Origin: Utricularia gibba
Taxonomy: Eukaryota > Plantae > Magnoliophyta
Length of the DNA stretch: 64,000 bases
Assembly (NCBI GenBank): GCA_002189035.1
Contig: NEEC01000007.1
Span: 744,001 to 808,000 of the forward strand
Direction of reading: 5' to 3'
In this document: one piece after another, positions 34,957 through 49,100 of the stretch
Layout of the letters: every line of letters begins with the position of its first letter
Position numbering within the stretch: position 1 is the stretch's first letter
Position numbers and translations under genes: made by a program
The notes under the pieces: model-generated
Told to the model about the DNA's origin: nothing
The model's input: only the letters and a program-made list of their open reading frames with translations
Database searches by the model: none

Positions 34957-37900
34957 TTATCCAAAGGGATTTCCTCCTTTTGGTTGGTGAATTGTGTTGG
35001 AACATGAAAACGAAGAGTAGCTTCCCAAACCGGCTACTCCAAGTGGCCTGTTGGAACATGTATCAAGTCACAAGGGGCAACAGTAACATGATGCAGGCGC
35101 CAGGCTCAACCAAAAGACATGTTTCAGCAAGTAGTTGCTACCCATAAATGGTTGTGTACAGCATACCTGGTAAATTGCATGTTATCTGTTAACTGCCCCG
35201 TATAGGCTCCAGGGACTGTAGAGTGAACAAACGGGCAGTAAATCAGGAGATCTTGGTGACTCTAGCAAAGTGATCCTTTTCTCTGGTGCAAAGAAAGGTC
35301 GCCTTACCTGGCGCCATGGTGATTTGACTAGAAAAACTAGAAGGATAAGGGTATTGCTGAGGCGCTAAAGACTGTGAATGCAGATTGTTCGGTAGAGATT
35401 GAAGTGGTTGGATAGAAGGAAACTGATTGAAAGCAGAATGTAAGAGGAATAATCAAGTGTACAGAGTAACAAAAAGACACACATGATTACCCTTGGTGCT
35501 TCAACTTGGAGCCTTTCATCACCAATATCAAATGGGTTTCTACTTGATGGAACATACTGAAAATCCGTTGCAAGCTGTAGCAAATGTTCAGTTGCTTAAG
35601 AATTTTCCCCACGTTATTTCATGAGATGGAATATGAACTTACTGTTACTGGTAATCTGGGTTGCACAGCATAACGAGTGCCAGGAGGGTGATGCATATGC
35701 CAACCAACAACTTCTGGTGTGAAGGAACCGAAGCTTGGCCAGAAGAGATCCTGCATAAACAAGTCACTGACTTCAGATAATGCCATCAGAATTTGAATTC
35801 AACAAGTTGGAAACACCTGTGGGAGTTCTTTTCTTGCACTAATTTTTATTCCATCATCGTTTGTACTGAGAGTCTTTGATGCTTTGTTCACAGGAAATAA
35901 ACCTTTAGATGGGGTTGGCTCCTTCGGTACAGCTGAGTTATCCTCCTGATAAAATAGTCGCATCGTGAGTTCCATTGGCTACTAATCATCTAGTCCAGAA
36001 AATGTCACCTGGTTATTCAGTTCTGCTTTTGGAGATGTAACATTTCTTTCCATACTAATGATGTTCGGGCTCTCTGATGATATCAAGGCCTTATTTTTCA
36101 GTCCAGGCAGCAGCTGCCGAGCGTCTTGTAACATAGGATCTCCTGCATTGAGTCTTGTAGGCCCATCTTTTTTGGTAGCATCAGCACCATTGGAAACTTG
36201 GGATGGTCTTGTTGACTCAACACCAATCTCCTTAGGACTGCTTGCTTGCTCTTCAGTTACGCTAGATGAAGTTGTGGACACAGGTTCAGGCAACTCATAT
36301 AACAGAGATTCCAAGGAAGTCATTTTGGGGAGATTGGCATCTGTTTGTGGTTTAAGGGATGTAGACTCATCAAATAAGCAATTCGAATTAACAGCGCCAG
36401 TATGAGTTTTCATTTTCAGCTGAGTTGCTGGCCTGGGAACTGTGGGAATTTCCATGTTCTGCCATTATAAATCTGAATCTTCATTCTGCAGGTCTCAGCA
36501 TGTGGAAGAAATCATACTGCTTACCGCATGCATTTGCATCAGTTAACAAACTCACCGGTTCTTTAGCAGAGGATTTAGATTCCTTGACCTCATTGGCCTT
36601 CAGTTCAATACTCTGTGCTTGAAATGGTGTCTCAGTGGCCTTCTGCACTCCAAAATTTTCATAATAAAACAGTGAAAATGAAACAAGGAAAAAGGTTTCT
36701 CTGATTCTCTGTGCCATACTGAAATGCAGACCTTGAAACTCACCATATCCTTGGCAAATGTCATAGAACCACCAATTTCCAAAACCACTTTGTTCCCAAT
36801 AAGATCTTCTACAGCACAGACCTTCGGTAAACTTGAGCTCCTCCCTGAACAAGGAGACATGCTCCCAGCTCTAGAATCCTTACCCAGATACCTCTCATAT
36901 CGCTTCACATTGCCGTCTTCACGAAACCTATCATCTACTATTTCAAGCTTGGCCACTCTAGTCCTTTGTCGGCTGCATCTCAAGTCTTCTTCCATGTTTA
37001 TGGAGCTTCTTTCCTCAAAGATATCCCTAAAGCTTCTCCCTTTATTTCTCAGAATACTACTCTTTTGGTCTATGAAACACCGGTCCGCAAATTCATCCTT
37101 GTTACTGCCACCACCCAGTTTTTGAATTCCATACCGATCCTCGGTCTTGTTTGCTGCATCCTGAAACTCTTACAGAATCCAGCTGCGTGTTAGTAGATAA
37201 GGGTCTGAAAATTAAGCAAAATACATTCCATAGATGCTGTTCAACAAGCTAAATCAACCGTACCTTGGAAGAACTGTTTGAACCAGCATACTTCTTGTCT
37301 ATATAGACATGTTTGATAAATTCTCTAAGCTTCTGAGTATTGCTGAATCGCAACAAAATTGATGCCAGCAGCCACTTTCATTCAACAAGGTTTTCTTTGG
37401 AAAATTCAAGAACATTTTACCTTCGATCAGGGTAATGATCACGCTGCGGATTCCAATCCTTGAAGTAAATCTCCCTAGCTCTCTACACAGGTAATTCTTC
37501 AACTAAGAGTAATGCTTTGTGATAACAAAAGATGAAGAATGGCTTTTGACTGAAACCTTGTTTCCACAAGCCTCAAGAGCAGCAGTTTCTTCTTCACTGA
37601 ATTTCGCCACTGAGACCGATTTCACACGATGGGTAAAACCCCGGCTGCAAGAGATAATCAATGTCGCTCAATGCCCCTCGAACATGCATCCACCTAGATA
37701 CTAGACAACAAGGATGTTAACTTACTGTACGCCACTACAGTTTGCGCAGACAAATGTCCAGAATGTTGTGCAAACATATTGCGGCCCCTGTTGAAAAACA
37801 GAGCAACCCCATTTCACTTGAAGAACAAGGAAATCGTGATGGAAAGCAAAAGGATAACATTGGCAAGAAAGCATACCAAATTATTACAATTGATGCATCT

Positions 37901-37975
37901 TCTGTTCTCTGGTTGCTTCAGCAGACCGCGAATTATCATCACGATTCTGTCTTCTCCCTTACCACGGCGAGACAT
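34957..37975 (-). CDS. ArfGAP domain protein, AGD14/AGFG-like
   Basis: NRRCINCNNL|GPQYVCTTFWTFVCANCSGVH|RGFTHRVKSVSVAKF; RKELPQ|DLF; SRNPFD; C-terminal GGNPFG*. Confidence 0.88.
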
Positions 37976-38693
37976 TTTTCCCAACGCACACCAGGCAATA
38001 TAGTTTACTTCCTAATCGGAGTGCAGGATGCAACGAAGGAAATGCCAGGGGGGAATACAGTGTTGAAATGTTCGGGGACGAAGAGAATTGAAAAAGAAAG
38101 TTTTTTTAAGCGTATGGTTTAATGGAATTCTCCTCCCTCCAACCTGGAGATGAAAAAGAAACCAAAGTCAGCCCAATATTCTGCCACCATGGAAGGTTTA
38201 GAGGTATTATCGGGGTATTTGGTGGTTGAAGTCATCTTTCTCTGTTGAGTGTTTACCAAAAAAATGGAGGTTCAGAATGAAAAGGATCGGTTAACCCATT
38301 AGACCCATGGATTCTTGCCAATATTTCAGATGTTTTCGTTGATACAGTGTTTGTTTTTGGCAACTAGATTCAGTGCTAAACCTTCCCTTCAATTGAGATT
38401 TTGAACTACTTTTAAGTTTTACAGAATACAGTTTCAAGCAATGGGGAAACGCCTACAGTCGCCATCAGCCAGCCAGTGGTTAGCTGCTGTCAATAATGAA
38501 TTAAGGTGCTTAACAATCCTTCCCTTCACAGTTTCCTGCTACTAAGTCAACCTGGAAGACAAGAAAGCACCCCCTGTCTTTGGACAAAGAATGAGGACGG
38601 GGACATTAGCATTAATCAGATGCTTGTCATCAGTCCGATTGCTTAACTTCAAGCTTCTTCATGTCAACAGATGATAAACAGTTGATCAGTCTA

Positions 38694-41047
38694 TTAGGAT
38701 TGGAAGAGCGATTCAACGGGCTGTGAAGAACACAGAGTCGAAACAGCCTTGAACTGTTGGAACAAAAACCATGGATACATTACTTTGGCATATGGAGTTG
38801 AAAAGATTGCTTGATTGAACCTTTACCTTGGGTTGCTTGTATTTTTCACGGATGGCATTAAGCGTGCATTTTCTTGTGTTGAGCTGTAAGTTTTGCAACT
38901 CAAGAACTGCAAACTCTAGCTCTTTGGTCTTGTATCTTGTGTAGTGTTCCAATGTTGAGTTCTGCTAAGGCTTGTAATCATTTAGCTACTCTGTTTTCAG
39001 GAGGTAAAAAGGGAGTTTATTGGGGAAGAAGAAGCTGACCCATGGATGTACTGACTGATCAAGTGTCCATTTGGCTAGAAACACAGCAGAGGCAGCAACT
39101 AGAGATGGGAGATACTTGAGGAAATTGTAGTCTACTAGTGTGAGCTCTGCTAGATAATTGGCCAAAAACTCGAATTCAACTGAAGGAACCTGAAAAAGAG
39201 AAGCGCTTGCTTTTGTAACAAGGAGTGATTGATTGATCATTCAAATGACAACAGTAGTATGACTATATCTACCTCATAGGCAACTTGTGCAGCTTGAATG
39301 AATCTCCTACAGGTTCATTAGCACCAAAACAAGTAAGATGGAAAGACAACTTTTGAAGGTTGTGGTAAGTCGAAATCTAAGTTAGTTTTTAGCTCACCTG
39401 AGGAACTTTTTTGTGGTGGGAACGGACAACTGAAACCGTAACAAGTTAAGAACTCGGGCCTCCATGTTCACTACCTGCAATGACACCATGAACATGATTG
39501 GCTGTTTGCTGGTCGATATACAATACAGTAGACACAGAGAAGAAATGACTAAGCCAAACCTCTTCTTTGGAATAGGTACTGTCTGTGATAAAGCAGAAGT
39601 CTTCTACTCGTGGGGCGCAAATTTCTTCATATTTCCTTCAGATCATAAACCACAGGATGAAATATAGGAATGATACCATGTGCAGTTTAACACTTTTTGC
39701 TTGGGAAATTCAATCAATTGTAGAACTTACGAGGCAGTGAGCATGCAGGTTACACCAAGAAGTTGCAACTTTTGTTTCTCAACGTAGTTCATTGACAGAT
39801 ATCTATCTATTAGATTTACAGTGAGGTAGAGTGTGTCGGGGACCAGCCTGTATTCCTCTGAGACCTGATAAGGTGGTTAATGGTAATAAGTGAACCTAAG
39901 AACACATAATGTTCCAAAACTGCAAAATGCTCTGCGTACTTCAACAAGCCAATCAATCAGAATAGCCCGCATGCTCTTAGTTACGTCTTTCTGTAGTTTC
40001 TCCATGTAATCAGGCAATGGCCTCTGGTCAACCTACAGAAACAAAATGAAGGGAGATGTACATTAACCTTAATAAGCTCCTCGTCAACCAAGGTAACATC
40101 AAGAAAACTATGGACAACACGTATATCCTGAAGCAGGAGAAACAAACCTCTTTAGCATACATATTATGATATATGTCAGCTGCATACAGACCACACATTT
40201 GTAGATTGTTGCTCTTTTTATCTATATCAGTAACCCCCCTATCTTCCAACACCTCCAACCTCATCCATGTATCGCCATCCTCTGAATGATCAGTAAAACA
40301 ATGTTTAGCAAACCATCCTTCTATCAATGGTCAAGCTGTATCTAAAGGCTCAAAAATAATAAATACAAGTCATATATGGTCCTAGAATTGAACAAGACAT
40401 GTCTCTACTTGAAACTTTCTTGGCAGGGAAGCTAGTTGTTGCAGGCATCTTTAAGTTGTTAGATTCAGATTGAGACGCTGAGTTGGCTATAGAGCTTATT
40501 TCCTGCAATTCCTCCTCTGTCTCTCTACTTTCTCCCTGTTCGCTTTTTCGTCTAGATCCCGAGTCATTAGATCCCTTCGAAAACCGAAAACATGCAGGTC
40601 TTCCTTTCTTCTCCAACCTACCCTTTTCATCCCGCCTGGTGGGCTGGAACAAGCAGCACCCATTATCAGTATACAATCTTGATTCATGTTGTCGCTTACA
40701 AGTAACAGGATTCTTGATGAGATCAAGAGTAAAACAACTGATCTTGAAACATAAAATCTGAGAACTAAAATGACCTCTATCTTTGCGGCAATCCTGCGAC
40801 TGATCTGCAGTTTGTCACATGTAACGTTAGTCACGTCCTTCAAGACAGCCCTTTTCTTCTGCCTACCGGATGCAGCTGAACTCCCAGCTTCTCTTTTCGA
40901 ATCCGATCTCAATCTTTGATTCTCATCTTGCTTTGACGGATACAAAGGTGGCAATTCTTTGACTACGCCTAAAGCCTTAGCACGCGCTCGCGTAAGCCGC
41001 ATCACTGGATCTTGAACATTGAAGGAGGAACTATTTTCATCCTTCAT
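38694..41047 (-). CDS. CYCA2: A2-type cyclin
   Basis: RLTRARA and D-box RAVLKDVTN; YAADIY; [11 protein letters not shown]|[24 protein letters not shown] cyclin box; [13 protein letters not shown]. Confidence 0.93.
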
Positions 41048-42392
41048 GTCTCTGCTTTCTGTAACACAAATCATCAAAACATTTATCATTCACCCCACGA
41101 ACAGAATCATCAACTTATACATACATACAACACTACAGAGATCGACAATCACGCCATAAATCTGATACATTTCCATCGAGGAATAGTGTACAAGATCTCC
41201 AAGAACAACTCCAACATTTACCCACGTTTTGAAAAACCACAGTATATATTCCTTTCCCATCTCCATCCTCTCCAATCACACAACCCAGTGGATTCAACCA
41301 GGACAGCTGGATTCATTAGATTCACATTACAAGAACGCTAAAACTCCTCGACTTCCTTACATTTTTTTCAAAAAAGAAAAAAGAAAGATAACGCCGAAAA
41401 TAATAAAAAAAAGATACAAAATTGCCAGTTTACCCAACCCAGAGATCTCTGACAAAAAAAGATTGTTTTTCAAATCGAAACTTCAAAACCAGAGCTCAAA
41501 CAACTTCTCGTCACCCATTCCGGCAGCAGATACCAAAAATCATAAAACAAAAACGGGAGGAGGGGGTGGTAGCTGAGCTCACATTCAAGCAGGGGAGACA
41601 CCAAATCGGAGTTAGATTTTTCTAGCAGAAGTTCACCAAAAAAAAATGCATATAAAAGAGGCGTGTAGACGGATTCAAGATTGAGATGAAGCTGAGGAGT
41701 TAAGAAGAAACCAGTTGTCAGGTTAGGTTTTTGATGAGGAAGAAGGGAGGAGGAGCGTGAGCACTGAGCGGGATGAAACCACAGTTTCAAAAAAAAGCTT
41801 TGAAATTCATTAATACAGCGACGTGGCTATCTCCAATACATGTTTTACTATTGCCAGATCATAATTATTCCTCGGAAAGGTTACTATTGTTCTAACACGA
41901 ACATCCATGATTTTGTTTTTGAATTATTTAACCTTAGTTTCCAATTCTATCCCCATTCATCATTTGTCCTTTTTTGTACACCTTGCTTCCTTTCCATTTC
42001 ATTACTAAACAAATCCGAGGGCGTTTTTGGAAATAAAACATGCTCTCCCATCTTCTTACAAACTTGATAAAATTCTGTAATAAAAATGGGTAAGAATATT
42101 AGAATAAAAATACATAAAATCTTAACATATTTAAAATTTCAAAATTCATTCATTTGAAACTCGGATATATTTCAATTTTTCAAAAGCAACTTCGAATCAT
42201 TGCCTCTGATTCCCCATAGCTTCATATTTATTGAGCTAAGCCCGACCTATTAATGAATTTGTTATATAAAAAACTAATTCAAAAATGACAATTTTGGCCT
42301 TACAGATTATTATTTAAATTAATTTTTACGAAATGGAGCAATTTGCAGGGAGGACAAATAATTATGGTATTTACGTATTTGGTGAAGAGCGA

Positions 42393-42407
42393 GGGGGGGG
42401 GGGGGGG
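42393..42407. repeat. G15 homopolymer in intergenic DNA
   Basis: Direct reading. Confidence 0.9.
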
Positions 42408-43248
42408 CGACTATAATTTAATTAGAGTGGCGGGGTCTTCCCGGAGGCACGTAAAATTGATGACATGGGCCGGCGATACAGTTAATATATTCAGTTAGAA
42501 ATGGAGCCCTAGCCTAGCCTAGGCGTAGGCTGGCTGGCTACCCCATTCTGTTTGAAAACACGTTGACGGCTCGGTTTCGGTTGACCGACAAACATTTACC
42601 ACAGCCTATTTCATGGATGAATGATGGAAATCCATATTTAAAAAATCATGATTAAATTTAGATTGTTAATTATTTATAATAAAATTGAATAAAATACTAA
42701 TCTCTGTAGTAAAAAAATGAATTATAATTCATTAATGATTTAATCATGATTTGATGCTTTTGTAATGAAAATATAAAAAACTTTTTTAAAAAACAACAAG
42801 TCAATAACAATTTGAATTATGGTCCAATTATCAAAACCACAATTGATGTATGTTTTAGTCATCTAAAGTACTCTTTTATTTCATGAGTTTATTAATCAAA
42901 CGAAATATATTTTTTCATTTATTTTAAATATATTTATCAAATACACATTTAATTTTAATTATGTATTTATATTTATTTAAATACATATCATTTATATACA
43001 TTATTACTTGATCCAATCATGCATTTTGAAAATCTTCAAAAATTGGACTTTTTTTAACCTTTTTATTTTTCCATAGTTGAGTGAAATTAAATTCATGGCA
43101 TGGAAAGCATGAAAAGTGGTAGAGGTGAGGAATTTGTATTTACTTTTTAAATGTATGGCAACTCATGATTTTCTTTTATTATTATTATTATGACCTACTT
43201 TTAACAGCTGTCATCTGCTTTGCTCATAGAAGCTCCAAGATTCAAATG

Positions 43249-43470
43249 CACGTGCTTTGAATGGATGAATTCACGTGCCACTGAAACTGCCTGGTGGAGT
43301 AAATTTGAAGCGGAAACCAATAACCAACCAAAATCATTGGCGATTCTTAATAAAATAGAAATTTAGGGTTTGAATTATCACACTGCCAAATGGAGATGAA
43401 GTCACGTGGGAATAACCATTACCATCAGGAATGGGCCGACTGGGTCTGGAGCTAACAGGCCCAATGGGCC
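43249..43470. promoter_or_regulatory. Cluster of 3 G-boxes and 3 site II elements in intergenic DNA
   Basis: CACGTG at 43249, 43272 and 43403; TGGGCC at 43432 and 43465; GGCCCA at 43458. Confidence 0.45.
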
Positions 43471-46111
43471 GTATCATCTGTAGATTGTAATGACGTGATG
43501 TGGTCGCAGGAACCATAAGATGCAAAGTACAAGAGACAGCGTACTTTGTGTTATGTTCTTATGCGCTCGTTACGTTTTGCACCAGACAGGACGAAACCCC
43601 AGTCATCTTTTTAGTGGACGGTTGTGAAATCATATGTTATATGCAATTTGATGTATATATTAAGGTAAAAATTTAATCAGTGTTGATTTCTATCTCATAT
43701 ATTAAGGTAAAAAATTAAAATTAAAAAAGGATCAAATTATTCAGAGAGATAAAATGATAACTAGAAATTGTACATCACTCTGAGCAACCTTAAACCGTAT
43801 TCAATAATTGGTTGCCGACCCAGTGGCCGTTTTCTTTTTTTTTTTTCCTATTTTTTTGGTTTTCGAAAATAGATGATGGAGAGGAGAGAGACGTGGGATG
43901 CCAGTTGCTGCTAAAAAGGGGGGAACTAATTTCTGTTTTAACCAATAAACGTACGGTTTTGGCAACTATTCATTTATTGCGCCGCAGGGGCGGTACACTT
44001 TTCGTGTTTCCGAAAACGTCCTCCTACCACGTGGCATCATAAGTGGAGTTAAATGGCACGCCTGCATTAATCCCTTGTTGTTAAGGACTGTAATTACAAA
44101 CTTATCCATTTTCATCATCAACTGATTAGGATTGCTTGATTTCCAAAAATTGATATACCAAAAAATGCTTCAATAGGGAAATATTTTTTATGGATTTATT
44201 TTTGAGTAAAAGGAATTATATCTTTTTTAACTGTATAGTATCGAATTCAACAAAATTTTAAAAAAGGTAAAGAATCAAAATTAAAAGTACATAATAGAAA
44301 ACTCGGCATCGAGTAAGAATAATTGAAATGACATGAAATACATAAAAATAAATAATTTTTTTATCAATGTGACATTAAAAATAGAAAAAAAAATTATATT
44401 ATATTATGTGGGATATCCAAATGCCACATGCCTCCCATCTACTCTTCACATGATCTCTCAAATACTATATATTTAGAATCTTTAATTCATAATTTATATT
44501 TTTTAAATATACAGAGTAAACAACGAGATATGATTTCTTAAATAATCATGGTTTAATGGATCTCAACCATGGTCCGATTGATTCGAACCATGATTTGTTT
44601 AGTTTCTAGAATGGATTCTGTGATTTATGATCACAGTCCCTAAACTCTAGGGATTTAATAACATATTCCACATAGAATATAAATTCATTTGAACAACACT
44701 TTTTTCATTAATACGAACGAAATTTGATTAAATTGATATTTATAAATGGCGTTATTTCATTTTTAAATGATATGTTTAATTAGAAACTATTTAAAATGTG
44801 AGCATTTCGCATTCAATCCCATAATAAATCAAATCTCAAACTATATCTATCAAACATGATATTTTATTTGTCATCCTCTTAAATTCCTATGATTATTCAC
44901 TATCAAACACACACATTCAGTCTCTTATGTGAACATAATTTTTTTGAATCGATTCTATTTATTTTTTAAAGATTATAATATTTAACCATTTATAGTAAAA
45001 TCAAAATTTCAAATTATGTGTTTAACTTTCAAAATTATTTAATTTTATATAATGATTAAATAAAATATTAATTAAATAAAGCATATTATTCATTGCATAA
45101 ATAATTTTAAAATATATTCATATAATAATATTAAATTATATAACAATTTAATATATATATCAAACTGTTTAAAATATAATTAATTTTAATAAAATTTATA
45201 TTTTAATCTTATATTATCTCATAAAATATTTTTTAATATTAAATTGATTCTATTTACATAATATCGAAAAATCGAAATTATAGATTCAAAATACATTAAA
45301 GACCCATATTGCCGTAATGGAGGAAGAGGGAAGAAGGGAATCGAGCGGAACAGCCACTTAATATTCGAGCCTAGACAGTGCATGTTGCGCATTAAATGAT
45401 GTGAATTATTTAGTCGGAAATTTGAAAAAAAAATAGAATTAAAAAAAAAAAGGTAAAACGAACTCTAAAGATACCTTTTTTCCCGGTTGAGAGCTGACAT
45501 AAAGCTGGAATCTTGAACTACTTTTTTACCGTATTCAGTAACTGTCTAGTTTATTATAACCCTACAAAAGGACAAATTTTAACGCCTGTGGGCATTTATA
45601 TATATATAAAAATATACTAGAAAAAAAAGAAGTTATATATTGGCAAAAATGGCAGTCACTTTCTTGATCCATGCTGCCAGAGTGTTGTAAAAGTAGTAGT
45701 TTAAAAGGGGTGATTTTTGCGAGCTCCACTCTGAGTCGTAATGATCCTTTACTGCCTCCTACCAGCTATCGTTCTGGGGATTGTGGTGGGTGTTAAAGCT
45801 TGCCATGAATGCAGCAGGGGTCATCAACAATAATAATTTCACACGCTTAAGTAAAAGAGAATTTGAGGGTGTTTTTCTCCAATCAGCCATTAAAGGGTCC
45901 ATCAACAACCCGTCTCTAGCCACCAAAGTTGTTGCAGATTTGACGGATTCATATGGAAGACAGAGGGAGAGCGACCCCGGCTTCTTCTTAGTCGTTACTG
46001 AGGAAAAAAACCGACCTTTTTCTTCTCTACCTACATTTAAATCACCTCACTTTCTGCTTCAACAAGCTGTCTGCATCTGCTCTGGGGAGTTGGGGGAACC
46101 CCCAAGAAACT

Positions 46112-49100
46112 ATGCTCGCGAGAAACTCTCTTGGCAATGGCGTTCATGGCAATGAAGAAGAAAAGGCTCGTGTCTTGGCGACTAGGCTGCTGCGTGCGCC
46201 TACATTTGATCGGGCAAGATTGGCTTTTTACAGGAACTTGGATGGGGAACTTTCGTTGGCTGATGTTCGGGAAGTTAAGGATCAAGAAAGGGTGCATATT
46301 TTGGATAAGTTTGTTAATGCCGTGAATGAAGATATCGAGGGCCTCTTCCGAAGAGTTAAGCAGAGATTTGTGGAGTAAGGGTGCATACTTTGCAAGAGTC
46401 GTTGTCATGATTTGTGGGTTCCTTTGAAATCACAACAATTTGCTGTTGTTGCTCTGTTTGATCCATTTGTTTTTTCTCCAAGTCTGTTATACTCATTTTT
46501 TTAATGGAAAATGTAATTGCAGTGTGGAACTCGAATTCCCGAAGGTTGAAGTTCGGTTTCAGAATCTCAAGGTGGATGCATGGGTTAACGTTGGAAGCAG
46601 GGCGTTGCCCACAATTCCCAATTTTGTTCTTGACATGACTGAGGTATGCAGTACGGAATGCCGACAAAATGAATTGTCTTCGTTCGGAGTGAACCTTATT
46701 TTCGTGTTCCCTGCAGGCTTTCTTGAGGCAGCTTAAGATATTTTCTGGGGGGAAACAGAAAGTTTCCATCCTCAACGATGTAAATGGTATCATACGCCCT
46801 TCCAGGTAGAAGATTACTCATTACATTCCGTTACCAAAGTTTTAATTGATGGAACAGTGAAGCATAGATATTTACATCTGATGAGGTGATTGTTTAGGCT
46901 TACCCTTCTTCTGGGACCTCCGAGTTCTGGTAAATCGACATTCCTTTTGGCTTTGGCTGGTCGTCTTTCGAAGAGTTTGCAGGTACCCAGATGAACCCAT
47001 ATGGAGTTTATTAGCATATATGATAGCGCTGTTTCTCTTTTGAAATTCGCAAGATAATGTTGGCATTGAGAGAAATTTGGCTCTATAGTATTCCTCCGTA
47101 GTTCGTACTAAGAGAGTGAAACCTACCTTGAAGATGTCAGGGAAAGTCGAATACAACCGACAAAATCTTAAGGATTTTACGGCACAGTTAACTTCAGCGT
47201 ATGCTAGCCAGGAAGATTGGCACATCGGAGAGATGACTGTCAGGGAGGTTCTTGAATTTTCAGGAAACTGTCAGGGACCTGGATTTAAGCAAGGTAATTT
47301 CCTGTGCATTCAACTTCAAATTTAATTTCGTTGTTCACATTGTTTGCTCTGATTTGGATTAATCAACATGTAGACTTGCTCATGGAACTTCTTAGAAGGG
47401 AGAAAAATTCTGGAGTACAACCAGATGAAGATCTTGATTTTTTTATCAAGGTACAACTTCACGATAGATGTAGTCTTTGATTGTTTCTGTCATTTAAACT
47501 CTTGTTTTCTCCTAGGCAGTAGTTTTGGGGCAAGAAGCAAGTTTTCTGGCGGACTATGTCATGAAGGTATGCTATATGATCTTACACTGTACGAAAAAAA
47601 GAGTCAATTTTCAAAAATTTTGAAGAATGCTTTTCCAAAGGGAGGGTGGCTTTTATTCTTTTCCAGTGATTATGGTTACCCAAATACAGATGTTCTTGTG
47701 TCTAAAAGTTTGGAAGAGCATAATTTTTAGCACTCTTATATGTTCTCTAAAATATGTATGAAGATTTTAGGCTTGGATATTTGTGCTGACACACTGGTGG
47801 GCGATGAGATGCTCAAGGGGATATCTGGAGGCCAAAAAAAGAGGCTTACAACAGGTTTTTCCTCTATTGCTTTTATGGTGTTGCATTTGCTGTTTTATGA
47901 GCTTCTCTGCGGTCTAATTCAAATTCTACAGCTGAACTGCTGATGGGAGCTTCAAGGGTGCTTCTCCTAGATGAGATATCAACCGGACTAGACAGCTCAA
48001 CTACGCATCAGATTGTCAAATATCTTCAACACACCACACATGCTTTTGATAGCACAACATTAGTTTCACTCTTGCAACCGGATCCTGAAACTTTTAACAT
48101 GTTCGATGACGTCATTCTCTTAAGTGAGGGGCAGATCGTTTATCAGGGACCTCGTGAAAATGCTCTTGAGTTCTTTGCATTTATGGGATTCAAGTGCCCA
48201 CCCAGAAAAAATGTTGCTGATTTTCTCCAAGAGGTACTTTGTCTTCTACGTGTGACTAGTTCTTCATTGGGTCTTGGATCTCGTTTGTAACTCCTAGTAT
48301 GAAAATTAGGTGATATCTGAAAGAGATCAAGAGCAATACTGGTTCCTCAATACCCAATATGCCTATGTATCTGTGAAGGAGTTTGTAGATGGTTTTCGAT
48401 CATTTCATGTTGGTAATAAGTTGTCAAGGGAAATGGAAGTTCCACTTGACAAGAGCAGTCATCCAGCAGCTCTTTCTACCAAAACTTATGGCGTAAACAG
48501 GGCTAAACTCTTCAAGATTAGTTTTTCATGGCAGTTACTACTACTTAAGCGGAATGCGCCTGTGTTCATATTCAAATTCATTCAGGTTACTTCAGTTCAC
48601 AAGTTTTTCTTCTCATCACCATCATCTTTTCCAACAAAGCTAACATTTGTGTGCGTAAAATCTTTTGCTCTGCAGCTCATTCTGATTATTTCATTAATGA
48701 CAAGCGTGTTTTTTCGGACGACAATGCATCATAACACACTTGAAGACGGAGGCATCTACCTTGGAGCTCTTTACTTTGCAATAGTTATGATTCTTTTCAA
48801 TGGATTTATGGAGGTTCCAATGTTGATAGCGAAGCTTCCTGTTCTCTACAAGCATAGAGATCTTCATTTCTACCCCTGCTGGATGTTTACTCTTCCTTCC
48901 TGGCTTTTGACTATTCCTCTTTCTCTTATCGAATCCTTTCTCTGGGTAGCGGCTACCTATTATTCCATTGGATTTGATCCTCTAATAACAAGGTATTTCC
49001 ATATGATGTGCTCTGGATTTTTTTTTCCTCTACTGCATCATCCCTTTTGTTATATCCGAACTTACATGCAGATGCTTCCGGCAATTTTTGCTCTACTTCG

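Noticed and set aside
36420-36560. Apparent stop between ArfGAP ORF fragments
   Set aside because: Resolved by a phase-0 intron (CCG|GTGAGT ... GGCAG|AAC ATG); not a lesion.
44100-45300. AT-rich DNA with MITE-like words (TATCAAACACAC, AATCATGGTT...AACCATGATT)
   Set aside because: Could not pair terminal inverted repeats with a TSD by eye; may be decayed MITEs but cannot be supported without a repeat library.
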